Shown: in pieces, positions 16,018 to 25,047 of the stretch
Position numbering within the stretch: the first letter of the stretch is position 1
Layout: every line of letters begins with the position of its first letter
Assembly (NCBI RefSeq): GCF_046293155.1
Contig: NZ_JBKBPQ010000014.1
Length of the DNA stretch: 64,000 nt
From: Allosphingosinicella sp.
GTDB lineage: Bacteria; Pseudomonadota; Alphaproteobacteria; Sphingomonadales; Sphingomonadaceae
Strand: one strand, 5' to 3'
Made by a program: the position numbers and the translations under genes
The notes under the pieces: model-generated
Told to the model about the DNA's origin: nothing
The model's input: only the letters and a program-made list of their open reading frames with translations
Databases searched by the model: none

Positions 16018-18937
16018 CTTCAACGACATCGCACCCGCCAGAACGCCCGCGGTCCATTACGATCTCGACGCCATCGTGGCTGGCCTGCGTGACAGGACCG
16101 GCGCCTGGGTGCCGCAGCACTTTCCGAACGGCCGTCGCTACGGCGACGAATGGCGCCTCGCCAACATCAATGGTGCTGCGCCGCGAAAGAACGGCTCCTG
16201 CGTGATCACGCTCAGAGGCGAGCACGCCGGCGACTGGATCGACTTCGACGGCGGCCAGGGCGGCGGACCGCTGAGCACGCTGGAACAGGCGACCGGCCTC
16301 AAGGGTCGCGACCTCTTCGCCTATGCCGCGGATCTGGTCGGATGGTCGGCCGCGGCGCCAGCCAGGCGCGAACCCTCGGCGGCTTCCGCGAAGCCGGAGA
16401 AAGACTCTGCCCGAGAAATCGAGATCATCCTCTCGCGGGCCCTCCCGATCGCCGGCACACCGGGTGAGGCCTATCTGCGCGCACGAGGACTGACGGTCCC
16501 GCCACCGTCCGACCTCCTGTTCCATCCGGATCTGGCGCATTGGGATACGAGGACTGGTTTCCCGGCCATCGTCGGCCTGGTTCGCGACCGCGCCGGCAGC
16601 GTGGTTGCCCTGCACCGCATCTACCTGCGGCCGGATGGGGCGGCGAAAGCCGAGGTCGAAAAGCCGAAGAAGATGCTGGGCCGGGTTGGCGGCGGCGCGG
16701 TGCGCCTGGCCTCGATCGGCGACGATGCTGTCCTTGGTCTCAGCGAAGGCATCGAGACGGCGCTCGCCGTGATGACGGCCTGTCCGGGCATGGCGGTATG
16801 GGCGACGCTCTCGGCCACCAATCTCGAACAGGTCGTCCTGCCACCAGATGCCCGGCGTGTCGTTCTGCTCGCCGACCACGATGCGTCGGGCGCTGGCCTT
16901 CGTGCAGCCGAGGCGGCGGCGCGGCGTCTCCTCGCGGAAGGCCGCAGCGTCGCCATCGCCCTACCGCGGGCGGAAGGCGAGGATTTCAACGACGTTCTGC
17001 TGCGCAACGGCGCGGGCGCGGTCCGCCAGATCATCGATGCGGCCGAGCCTTGTGCAGTGGCGGATGGCACGGATGCGCAGGATAGCGCCCGAAACCGCCC
17101 GATCGGCTTCGTCGAGCCCCAGGGGCGCTTGCCGCAATTGCGCGCCGACGAGGGCGATCTCGCCCGCGCCCATGCTCGCAGCTGGGGTTTGCTGCTCGCC
17201 TCGAACAACACGCCGTGGCTCTTTCGCAGCGGCGGCATGCCGACATGGGCCGTGCACGACGATGACGGCCTGCCCATGGCCCGGCCGGTCACGGAAGAGC
17301 GCCTGCGCCACATGCTGGCCAAGCTCGCCGATTGGCGGCGTCTGGCGCGCAACGGCGATCTCGTTCCCGCGCATCCGCCGACGCCGCTCATCAAGTCGCT
17401 GCTGGCGACGCCCGATCCCGGCCTGCCGGTCCTGGCGGGGATCGTCACCACGCCGGTCTTCGGCCGCAATGGCGCCCTCCTTACCGAGCCTGGCTACCAC
17501 CCCGATGCGCGGCTGCTCTACCAGCCGACACCAGGCTTCGCCGTGCCGCCGGTGCCGGAGCGCCCGTCGCCGGCGGAGATCGCGACCGCGCGCAGTCTCA
17601 TCGTCGACGACATGCTGGGCGAGTTCCCCTTCACCGGCCACGCGGAGCGGGCGCATGCCGTTGCCTTGATGCTGCTCGGCTTTCTTCGCGCCATGATCGA
17701 CGCGCCGACGCCGCTCCACCTGATCGAGAAGCCGACGCCCGGCACCGGCGCGACCCTGATGGTCGACGCGATCGCGACCGTGCTCACCGGCGTCGGCGCC
17801 TCGGTCATGACGGAAGGCCGCGACGATGAAGAGTGGCGCAAGCGCGTCACGGCGAAGCTCCGCCAGATCCCGTCCCTCGTGCTCATCGACAATCTGCGCC
17901 ATCCCCTTGACTCATCCGCGCTCGCGGCCGCCCTGACCGCTCCCTATTGGGAGGATCGCATTCTCGGCGCGTCCGAGATGACGCGATTGCCGATCCGCTG
18001 CGTCTGGATCGCGACCGGCAACAATCCAGAATTCTCCAACGAGATGGCGCGCCGCATCGTGCGCATCCGCCTCGACGCCCGGGTCGATCAACCCTGGCGG
18101 CGCGAGGGGTTCCGCCACCCCGATCTCATGAGCTGGGTCCGCGCCAACCGGCCGCGCCTCGTCACGGCCTGCCTTACGCTGTGCCGGGCCTGGATCGCCG
18201 CCGGCCGTCCACGGGGCGCGCGCATGATCGGCAGCTACGAGAGCTGGTCGCGCATCATGGGCGGCGTCCTCGAGGTCGCCGGGATCGAAGGGTTTCTCGC
18301 CAATCTCGACGAGATGCTGGCCGCTGCCGATGGCGAGGGCGCGATCTGGCGCAGCTTCGTCGGCGCCTGGTGGGACCGCTTCGGCACGGCGGAGGTCGGC
18401 ACCGGCGACCTCTATGAGGTGGCGTTGGCCTGCGAGCCGCCGTTGCCGCTGGGCACAGGAGGCGACCGGTCACAGCGCACACGGCTCGGCAAGGCGCTCG
18501 GCCGCATGCGGGACCGGGTGTTCGATATCGACGGCCGCAAGATGCGCGTGCGTACGCTGGGCGTCTCCCATCAGGCCAAGCGCTGGCAGCTCACGATCGA
18601 AGGGGAACGTGGGGAACGTTTCCCGCAGGGGGTCGAGGCTCAAGCCGGGGAACGTTGTGGCCAAGAGGGGAACGTCGAAAACCAACGTTCCCCGGCCCAA
18701 CCCCTTGAAACAGAAGGCTCCGGGGAACGTGGGGAACGTGGGGAACGTTTTTCAATACTAACGCATGCGCGCGGCTGCACCCGCGCGATAGAGGATCGGG
18801 AACAACGTTCCCCATGTTCCCCACCTTCCCAAAACCTCGCTTCTTCAGAGGCTTATGGCGGGGAACATGCGGGGGAACGGCCTTCCTCACGTTCCCCGGA
18901 CGGCGCTGCGCCCAATTGGCTGAAGGAGGTGCTCTGA
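16010..18937 (+). CDS. Toprim-domain primase fused to a P-loop helicase-like domain
   Basis: Toprim region (LGLSEGIETALAV...LLADHDASGAG...GEDFNDVL) and P-loop KPTPGTGAT. TTG start. The C-terminal roughly 110 codons run through the iteron array. Confidence 0.85.
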   Translation: MIDFNDIAPARTPAVHYDLDAIVAGLRDRTGAWVPQHFPNGRRYGDEWRLANINGAAPRKNGSCVITLRGEHAGDWIDFDGGQGGGPLSTLEQATGLKGRDLFAYAADLVGWSAAAPARREPSAASAKPEKDSAREIEIILSRALPIAGTPGEAYLRARGLTVPPPSDLLFHPDLAHWDTRTGFPAIVGLVRDRAGSVVALHRIYLRPDGAAKAEVEKPKKMLGRVGGGAVRLASIGDDAVLGLSEGIETALAVMTACPGMAVWATLSATNLEQVVLPPDARRVVLLADHDASGAGLRAAEAAARRLLAEGRSVAIALPRAEGEDFNDVLLRNGAGAVRQIIDAAEPCAVADGTDAQDSARNRPIGFVEPQGRLPQLRADEGDLARAHARSWGLLLASNNTPWLFRSGGMPTWAVHDDDGLPMARPVTEERLRHMLAKLADWRRLARNGDLVPAHPPTPLIKSLLATPDPGLPVLAGIVTTPVFGRNGALLTEPGYHPDARLLYQPTPGFAVPPVPERPSPAEIATARSLIVDDMLGEFPFTGHAERAHAVALMLLGFLRAMIDAPTPLHLIEKPTPGTGATLMVDAIATVLTGVGASVMTEGRDDEEWRKRVTAKLRQIPSLVLIDNLRHPLDSSALAAALTAPYWEDRILGASEMTRLPIRCVWIATGNNPEFSNEMARRIVRIRLDARVDQPWRREGFRHPDLMSWVRANRPRLVTACLTLCRAWIAAGRPRGARMIGSYESWSRIMGGVLEVAGIEGFLANLDEMLAAADGEGAIWRSFVGAWWDRFGTAEVGTGDLYEVALACEPPLPLGTGGDRSQRTRLGKALGRMRDRVFDIDGRKMRVRTLGVSHQAKRWQLTIEGERGERFPQGVEAQAGERCGQEGNVENQRSPAQPLETEGSGERGERGERFSILTHARGCTRAIEDREQRSPCSPPSQNLASSEAYGGEHAGERPSSRSPDGAAPNWLKEVL
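18602..18897. repeat. Iteron-like array: 13 copies of GGGGAACGT (7 perfect direct, 3 perfect inverted, 3 one-mismatch variants)
   Basis: Direct copies at 18602, 18611, 18647, 18667, 18722, 18731, 18740. Direct variants at 18860 and 18872. Inverted ACGTTCCCC at 18685, 18805, 18889, and a variant at 18814. An AT-rich TTTTTCAATACTAA lies at 18748-18761. Confidence 0.9.
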
Positions 18938-19043
18938 TGAGCATGCTCCGTCATCTCGACCGTCTCCTGGCTGCAGCAACCGGTCCGCCGCGATGGGCCA
19001 TCGGTGTGAAACGAACCTTTGCTCGCGCTTCCTGGAGACATTC

Positions 19044-19583
19044 ATGATTTCGACCATCGAAACCGGCTCCGCCGAAGCGGGGCTCATCACATTCCGTCCG
19101 CATCCGGCTCATGCGCATCGCGCCATTCTCAGCCTCGATCTCGGCACCACGACTGGCTGGGCGTTGCGCAGCCATGACGGCCTGATCACGAGCGGAACGG
19201 TCTCGTTTCGACCGAGCCGCTATGACGGCGGTGGCATGCGATACCTTCGCTTCCGAAGCTGGCTGGACCAGATCGCTGCCGACGCCGGCGGTCTCGCGGC
19301 GATCTATTTTGAGGAGGTTCGCCGGCATGTCGGTACCGATGCGGCCCATCTCTATGGCGGCTTCCTGGCGACGCTGAGCGCCTGGTGTGAGAGCCAGGCG
19401 ATCGCCTATCAGGGCGTTCCGGTCGGCACGATCAAGCGGCACGTCGCCGCCAAGGGCAACGCCGACAAGGCCGCCGTCATGGCCGCCGTTCGTGCCCGCG
19501 GCTTTTCGCCCGCGGACGACAATGAAGCCGACGCCATCGCCATCCTGCTCTGGGCCGTTGAAACCGAGGGAGGTGTGCGATGA
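19044..19583 (+). CDS. RuvC-like Holliday junction resolvase
   Basis: LSLDLGTTTGWA and DNEADAIAILLWA acidic catalytic motifs. Start at MISTIE. Confidence 0.85.
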   Translation: MISTIETGSAEAGLITFRPHPAHAHRAILSLDLGTTTGWALRSHDGLITSGTVSFRPSRYDGGGMRYLRFRSWLDQIAADAGGLAAIYFEEVRRHVGTDAAHLYGGFLATLSAWCESQAIAYQGVPVGTIKRHVAAKGNADKAAVMAAVRARGFSPADDNEADAIAILLWAVETEGGVR

Positions 19584-19837
19584 GCGGGGAGACGATGCTC
19601 AAACGTGCCGCGTCGGTCGTCGCCGAGCGCCGTAAGATATACGGCGAACCGGCCGCCGCGATGGCCGTGGTCGCCAGACGCTGGTCGATCACGCTCGGCC
19701 GGCCCATCACGCCGGCGGAGGTCGTGCTCTGCCTCATCGATCTGAAGCTGGCGCGGCTCGGGCACGATCCGAAGCATCAGGATTCGATCCTCGACATCGC
19801 CGGCTATGCAGCGGTGCTGCAGGAGGTCGGACGATGA
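19580..19837 (+). CDS. Conserved small phage protein
   Basis: ATGA-coupled ORF. Family not confidently recalled. Confidence 0.5.
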   Translation: MSGETMLKRAASVVAERRKIYGEPAAAMAVVARRWSITLGRPITPAEVVLCLIDLKLARLGHDPKHQDSILDIAGYAAVLQEVGR

Positions 19838-20034
19838 GGTGGCTGCCGAAAGGATATGGCGGCGAACGCCGGTCGGCCGAAGAGGTCAAGCGGGAAGGCT
19901 GGCGCGAGCAGGGCCTCCTCGTCGTCAGCCCCACCGATCCGCGCCTCACCTGGCCCGAGCGAGAACTCGTTCGCCAGCTCGGCGAGAAGCTCTATGGCGG
20001 ACGGCGCCAGCCGACGGAGCAACGGCATGGCTGA
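19834..20034 (+). CDS. Hypothetical small phage protein
   Basis: ATGA overlap with the upstream stop. 66 aa. Confidence 0.4.
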   Translation: MRWLPKGYGGERRSAEEVKREGWREQGLLVVSPTDPRLTWPERELVRQLGEKLYGGRRQPTEQRHG

Positions 20035-20467
20035 TTGGACTCGCGAACAGGTCGAGGAGCGGCTGATCGAAGCAGCCGATGTCATGAAGCGCCTGCCCGA
20101 GGTTCGGGTGCAGGGCTACTTCTCGGTGTGGCCGAAGATCGTTCACGAGTTCGCTGATCTCGTCGGTCAGGAGCCGCCGCGCATGAAGCGTCCGCCGCCC
20201 TTACCCGACGCCATCAGCCGCATGGAGGTGACGCTGCCCTGGCTGCGATGGCTGGAGCCCGACGATGCCCGGCTTGTCTGGGCACGCGCGGAGGGCACGC
20301 CGTGGAAGCCGATCTGCTGGCGCTTCGGGATCTCCCGCGCCACGGCGTGCCGCCGCTGGGAGTACGGCCTCAGCGTCATCACCTGGAAGCTCAACGGACA
20401 GAAAGTGCCGGCGAAGCGTTCGCGCGCTTTCCTCGTCGACCGCGTTCGGTCGTCAAGTTCCTTTTGA
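20027..20467 (+). CDS. Phage protein with C-terminal HTH-like segment
   Basis: Internal ATG at 20027 (MADWTREQVEERLIEAADVMKRLPE...). WRFGISRATACRRWEYGL is HTH-like. Confidence 0.55.
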   Translation: MADWTREQVEERLIEAADVMKRLPEVRVQGYFSVWPKIVHEFADLVGQEPPRMKRPPPLPDAISRMEVTLPWLRWLEPDDARLVWARAEGTPWKPICWRFGISRATACRRWEYGLSVITWKLNGQKVPAKRSRAFLVDRVRSSSSF

Positions 20468-20601
20468 TGCGTGAGACAATTTTCGCTGAGACATTTCCCG
20501 GCGAGACACAGATCGGAGATTTGGGCTAGTTCTCGGGTATGCTCGGGCGAGCCGCGTGCGGACGCGGTTTCGAGATCTTCCGCACCCGAAAGAACACCCG
20601 G

Positions 20602-20967
20602 TCAGGCGGCGTTGCGGGGAGCGACCTCCTGCTCGATCTTGCGCCGCGTGGTGCGGTCGGCAACATCGAGATCGTAGCGAGCCTGCAGATTGATCCAGAA
20701 CTCCGGCGATGTGCCGAAATAGCGCGCGAGGCGCATGGCCGTGTCGGTCGTGATCGCACGCCGCCCAAGCACGATATCGTTGACCCGCGAGCGTGGCGCC
20801 TTGATCGCGTTGGCGAGTTCGTAGGCGCTCATCCCCAACGGAGTCAGGAACTCGTCACGCAGGATTTCTCCCGGATGGACCGGCGGCAGACGGCGGCCCG
20901 TCGTCACCTCCGAGAAATCGACGATGCGCCTGTCGAGATCCTCACGCTTGATGGTCATGGTCATCAC
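20602..20967 (-). CDS. higA: HigA-family antitoxin (XRE HTH)
   Basis: PVHPGEILRDEFLTPLGMSAYELANAIKAPRSRVNDIVLGRRAITTDTAMRLARYFGTSPEFWINLQ is canonical HigA. Confidence 0.9.
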   Translation of the reverse strand: MMTMTIKREDLDRRIVDFSEVTTGRRLPPVHPGEILRDEFLTPLGMSAYELANAIKAPRSRVNDIVLGRRAITTDTAMRLARYFGTSPEFWINLQARYDLDVADRTTRRKIEQEVAPRNAA

Positions 20968-20970
20968 TCC

Positions 20971-21252
20971 TCAGTGGTAGTCGACAATCTCGACCTCCCA
21001 CGCCTCGTTGTCGCGCCAGACAAAACAGATCCGCCACTGGTCGTTGACGCGGATGCTATGTTGACCCTGCCGGTCACCGTGCAGCGCTTCCAGGCGATTG
21101 CCGGGCGGCACCCGCAGATCGTCCAGCAGTGTGGCCGCATCGATCGCCAGCAGCTTGGCGCGAGCCCGCCGCTGGATTTGCTGCGGCAGGTCGCGGACGG
21201 CGTAGCCAGCGAAGATCGCCGCTGTGCGTTTGTCGGCAAAGCTCTTGATCAC
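20971..21252 (-). CDS. higB: HigB-family toxin (RelE/ParE superfamily)
   Basis: MIKSFADKRTAAIF...LEALHGDRQGQHSIRVNDQWRICFVW is canonical HigB. Toxin-first gene order. Confidence 0.9.
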   Translation of the reverse strand: MIKSFADKRTAAIFAGYAVRDLPQQIQRRARAKLLAIDAATLLDDLRVPPGNRLEALHGDRQGQHSIRVNDQWRICFVWRDNEAWEVEIVDYH

Positions 21253-21616
21253 GGCAAAGCGTAACGCAAAACGGGACGTCCTGTCAAGCGGGACGCTCTG
21301 CCTTACGGTACGGCGTTAATATCAACGAACTCAGAGAGATAGCGGTTCCTCCCTGGCCGAAATCGTATGCTGGCGGCAATGGCGCGATGCTTGCCCAGTG
21401 ACGGCGCCGAAATAGGCCATTTCGTTTCGCCCGCATGCCTGGCCTCGTGAAATCAAACACTTGGGCGTCTGCGCGCCTCGGCGATGGCGAAGCCGCCGGC
21501 TGGGGGCGTTTCGTTTCGAGCGCATCGGCGAAGCGGCACTGGTTTCGCCGGCACAGCGCATCGACGGGCTTCGCGACCGCCGGATCAGATCCTTCACCTA
21601 TCGCACCGGACCGACC

Positions 21617-22939
21617 ATGGACGTCGTCGAAACGCCGATCGACAAGCTCGTGCCCTATGCCCGCAACCCGCGGCGCAACGAGGAGGCTGTCGCCACGGTC
21701 GCCGCCTCGCTGGCCGAGTTCGGCTGGCGTCAGCCGATCGTCGTCGACGAGGACATGGTGATCGTCGTCGGCCACACCCGCTACGAGGCGGCCAAGCGCC
21801 TCGGCATGACGAGCGTGCCGGTGCATGTCGCACATGGCCTTACGCCGGCGCAGCTGCGCGCCTACCGGCTGATGGACAACCGCTCGCATCAGAATGCGAG
21901 CTGGGACGACGAGCTGCTCAAGCTCGAACTGGCCGATCTGAAGCTCGACGATTTCGACCTGGCGCTGACCGGTTTCGAGGACGACGAACTGGCCCGTCTC
22001 CTGGCCGAGGCGCCCGTCGAGGGGTTGGTGGACGAAGACGATGTTCCGGAGCCGCCCGCCACGCCCGTCACCCGCCGCGGCGATCTCTGGATCCTCGGGG
22101 ACCACCGCCTGCTCTGCGGAGATTCGACCTCGGCCGAGGACGTCACCCGCCTGATGAATGGCGAACGCGCCGCACTGTTCGCGACCGATCCGCCCTATCT
22201 CGTCGACTATGACGGCACCAACCATCCGACGAAGAAGAACGCGTCCGCCCGCGCCAAGAAGATCGCGAACAAGGATTGGTCCGAGGACTACATCGAACAG
22301 AAGCACTGGGACGATTCATCCCAGGGGCCGCAGTTCTATGAGGCCTTCATGCAGGTCGCCATCGACCGCGCCATCAAGGAGGACGCGGCCTGGTATTGCT
22401 GGCATGCCTCGCGGCGCCAGACGATGCTGGAAGCCTGCTGGTCCAAGTTCGACGTGCTGCATCACCAGCAGATCATCTGGGCCAAGAGCCGTCCGGTGCT
22501 CACGCGCTCGATCATGCTGTGGGCGCACGAGCCGTGCCTGTTCGGCTGGCGCTCGGGCAAGAAGCCGCGCGTCAATCGCGAAGGCTTCGAGAACTGGCCG
22601 ACGACGGTGTGGTCCATCCCGTCGAGCGAGATCGAGACGCGTGAGCATCCGACCTCGAAACCGGTGCGCGTGTTCACGTTGCCGATGGAGCTGCACACCG
22701 TGCCGGGTGAGATTTGCTACGAACCGTTCTCCGGCTCGGGCTCGCAACTCATCGCAGGCGAGCGGACGGGGAGACGCGTCTTCGGGCTTGAGCTCTCCGA
22801 GACCTTTTGTGACGTGATCGTCAACCGCTGGCAGGCCTTCACCGGGAAACCGGCAAGGCTGGAGGGCGAGAATCGCAGTTTCGACGAGGTGAGGACCGAG
22901 CGCGTCGGCACTCGCGACAGCGATCAGGACGCCGCATGA
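21617..22939 (+). CDS. ParB-like nuclease domain fused to DNA methyltransferase (orphan MTase)
   Basis: The N-terminus (LVPYARNPRRN...IVVGHTRYEAAKRLG) is ParB-like. The MTase domain has a DPPY motif (FATDPPYLVDY) and a C-terminal FSGSGS AdoMet motif. Confidence 0.9.
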   Translation: MDVVETPIDKLVPYARNPRRNEEAVATVAASLAEFGWRQPIVVDEDMVIVVGHTRYEAAKRLGMTSVPVHVAHGLTPAQLRAYRLMDNRSHQNASWDDELLKLELADLKLDDFDLALTGFEDDELARLLAEAPVEGLVDEDDVPEPPATPVTRRGDLWILGDHRLLCGDSTSAEDVTRLMNGERAALFATDPPYLVDYDGTNHPTKKNASARAKKIANKDWSEDYIEQKHWDDSSQGPQFYEAFMQVAIDRAIKEDAAWYCWHASRRQTMLEACWSKFDVLHHQQIIWAKSRPVLTRSIMLWAHEPCLFGWRSGKKPRVNREGFENWPTTVWSIPSSEIETREHPTSKPVRVFTLPMELHTVPGEICYEPFSGSGSQLIAGERTGRRVFGLELSETFCDVIVNRWQAFTGKPARLEGENRSFDEVRTERVGTRDSDQDAA

Positions 22940-23157
22940 AGCAGTCGCGCCGAATGTCCCTGATCGAGGCGTTGAGCAATGTCGCGATCGGTTACGGCGT
23001 GGCCGTGCTGACCCAGATCGCGGTCTTCCCGCTGTTCGATCTGCAGGTGTCCCTGAGCGACAATCTGTTGATCGGCGCGCTGTTCACGCTGGTATCCGTG
23101 GCGCGCAGCTATGCCGTGCGGCGCATGTTCGAGAGGATGCGCTCTTGGAATGCATAA
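22936..23157 (+). CDS. Small two-TM membrane protein
   Basis: ATGA overlap with the MTase stop. Hydrophobic segments. Confidence 0.5.
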   Translation: MKQSRRMSLIEALSNVAIGYGVAVLTQIAVFPLFDLQVSLSDNLLIGALFTLVSVARSYAVRRMFERMRSWNA

Positions 23158-23209
23158 GCGAAACGCCGCCGCCCATGGCGGGCAGCGGCGGCTCAGTGAG
23201 GACGGCGTG

Positions 23210-23455
23210 TCAGCGGGTGGGCGTTCCGAGCAGCTTCGCCCGGAAGTCGGCGCGCACCGGCCGGCTCTCGCCAACGGTGCGGCCGGCCCGGAGCGCGCCG
23301 GCACGGCCGACAAAATAGAAGCCGACCTGCTCGCCGGTTTCCCGGCGCGTTCGCGTGAGGACCGTGTAGCGGGTCGAGCGTGCATCAGCGATGATCGCTT
23401 CGCCTCGGTGCTGCAGGGCGGCGACGAGACGGTCGTGGATGGTGATCCTTGCCAT
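23210..23455 (-). CDS. Hypothetical small protein
   Basis: ORF downstream of the DUF3489 gene on the minus strand. Confidence 0.4.
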   Translation of the reverse strand: MARITIHDRLVAALQHRGEAIIADARSTRYTVLTRTRRETGEQVGFYFVGRAGALRAGRTVGESRPVRADFRAKLLGTPTR

Positions 23456-23459
23456 AGCC

Positions 23460-24005
23460 TCAGCCCTCCCGGCTGAGGCGGTAAACCCGACCGCGTCCGT
23501 CGACCTTCTCGGAGGTCACATCGAGCCCGAGCTTCTTCTTGAGCGCCCCGGCGATGGCGCCACGCACGGTGTGCGGTTGCCAGCCGAATGCGGCAGCGAT
23601 TTCGGCGATGGTTGCTCCGTCTGCTCCCTGCAGCATGGCGATCAGCTGGGCCTGCTTGCTGCCTTCGCGGGCATTTGGCTTCGATGGCGTCTTGACGGCA
23701 GCATGATCGCTTTGCGTCGACTCCGCAGCGTCACGCGGGGCCTCCGGCTCGATGCCGATGGCGGCGAGCCCGTGCTCGGTGATCGCGAGTGTGACGCCGT
23801 GGCCGTCGCCGGTCTCGCGCCAGATGTGTTCGCCGATGCGCGTGTCGGCATCGATCTCTTCGAGCAGGCCCTGCTTGAGGAGCGAAGCAATCACTTTCTG
23901 CGCTGCGCCGCCCTTGAGGTTCCTCGGGAGCGGTAGAGCCAGCATGTTCGCGCGCTGCGCGGCGGCGCTGAGGACGATCGTCTGTGTGTCGGAAAGTTTG
24001 GTCAT
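23460..24005 (-). CDS. DUF3489 protein
   Basis: MTKLSDTQTIVLSAAAQR... and QLIAMLQGADGATIAEIAAAFGWQPHTVRGAIAGALKKKLGL, duplicated winged-helix-like units typical of DUF3489. Confidence 0.7.
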   Translation of the reverse strand: MTKLSDTQTIVLSAAAQRANMLALPLPRNLKGGAAQKVIASLLKQGLLEEIDADTRIGEHIWRETGDGHGVTLAITEHGLAAIGIEPEAPRDAAESTQSDHAAVKTPSKPNAREGSKQAQLIAMLQGADGATIAEIAAAFGWQPHTVRGAIAGALKKKLGLDVTSEKVDGRGRVYRLSREG

Positions 24006-24107
24006 GGGGCAATCCTTCTTCAGGAGAGGCTCGCGACCATCGCGGACCTTCTACTGCCCCGAGCCCCGAGGGCGAGCCCATCGGGGCGAAGGCGGGAAGC
24101 AGTGCGC

Positions 24108-24329
24108 CTAATCGGCGTGCTCGCCCTCCTTGAAGGCTGCGTCGGTAATGCGCTTCAGGAGTTCGGCGTAGTGGCTGATCGTTCCGACGTGGCCCCAATT
24201 GATCTCGTCGGGGCTGGTGTCGAAATGGTCGTCGCTCAGCGCCTTGATGCGCTCCAGCATCGCGTCGATCTCCGCCTTCTTGGCGACGAAAGCGTCGAGT
24301 GCGGAAGCGGTGTTTCGGGACTTGGTCAT
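24108..24329 (-). CDS. Hypothetical small protein
   Basis: 73-aa ORF with protein-like composition. Confidence 0.45.
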   Translation of the reverse strand: MTKSRNTASALDAFVAKKAEIDAMLERIKALSDDHFDTSPDEINWGHVGTISHYAELLKRITDAAFKEGEHAD

Positions 24330-24477
24330 GGCGGTCTCCAGCGCTTGATGGTGACCCCATACAGGCTCTGATCGGCACCCTCATCAAGTCGATAAGTGCA
24401 TCATTTCATTGCCTTTTTCTGCAGTGATGGCGGGGCTCCCGACATGACCTGATCTTGCCCGGGAGCGGCCCCCGTTC

Positions 24478-25047
24478 ATGGCGACCAATACCCAACCGAT
24501 CGCGGTCATTGCCCGGCTCCTGGACCTGACCGAAAGGCGGGTCCAGCAGCTGGCGCGCGACGGGATCATCCCTGCGTCAGCCCGCACCGGCCCCGAGCGC
24601 GGGCGCTACGATCTCGTCGGCACGGTGCGCGGCTATGTGCGCTACCTACGCGAGCTGGCGACGCGGTCGCAGACGGGCGCCGCCGATTTCGGTGTCGAGC
24701 GCGCTCGGCTGATCAAGGCCAAGGCCGATCTCGCCGAAATGGACGCAGCTGTCCGGCGCGGCGACCTCTTGCCGGCCGCTCAGGTCGAGGAGGCGTGGAT
24801 CGCCGTGCTGGCCCGCCTGCGCGCGCGTCTGCTGGTTCTGCCCGACAGGCTGGCGCCGCTTGTCCACGAGGAGACCACCATTGCCGGCACGCGCGCGCAG
24901 ATCCGCGACGCGATCACCGAAGCGCTCGCGGAACTCGCCAGCCTCCCGGCCATCGCCGTTGATGCTGAAGGGGCCGGCGCGGCTGGCGCAGGCGACACGC
25001 AAGGCGCTGACGATCCTGGCGCCGCCGCCGACCCTGACGATCAGTGA
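24478..25047 (+). CDS. Terminase small subunit (Nu1-like HTH)
   Basis: N-terminal HTH (IARLLDLTERRVQQLARDGIIP), located immediately upstream of the GpA terminase. Confidence 0.7.
   Translation: MATNTQPIAVIARLLDLTERRVQQLARDGIIPASARTGPERGRYDLVGTVRGYVRYLRELATRSQTGAADFGVERARLIKAKADLAEMDAAVRRGDLLPAAQVEEAWIAVLARLRARLLVLPDRLAPLVHEETTIAGTRAQIRDAITEALAELASLPAIAVDAEGAGAAGAGDTQGADDPGAAADPDDQ

Noticed and set aside
14707-16029. 440-aa minus-strand ORF opposite the helicase gene. Similar long antisense or alternate-frame ORFs occur at 11708-12892, 21284-22306, 32995-34527, 43551-45023, 52664-54106 and 58822-59748.
   Set aside because: Each lies opposite to, or in an alternate frame of, a gene with recognisable motifs and has low-complexity Arg/Ala/Gly composition. 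They are artefacts of high GC content.
18602-18897. Whether the repeat array is a CRISPR array
   Set aside because: The repeats are only 9 bp, are often directly tandem, and occur in both orientations. There are no uniform spacers and no cas genes. This fits iterons or binding sites, not CRISPR.
21324-21349. GGAAC-N17-CGTT (ECF-type promoter consensus) on the minus strand upstream of higB
   Set aside because: It is a 9-nt composite match. By rough estimate, about one such match is expected by chance in 128 kb of two-strand sequence, so it is not evidence of an ECF promoter without further data.
23165-23193. GC-rich hairpin (GCCGCCGCCC...GGGCAGCGGCGGC) between the convergent genes at 23157 and 23210
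   Set aside because: It is plausibly a bidirectional terminator, but the stem is imperfect and there is no U-tract on either strand. Support is too weak to list it as a feature.
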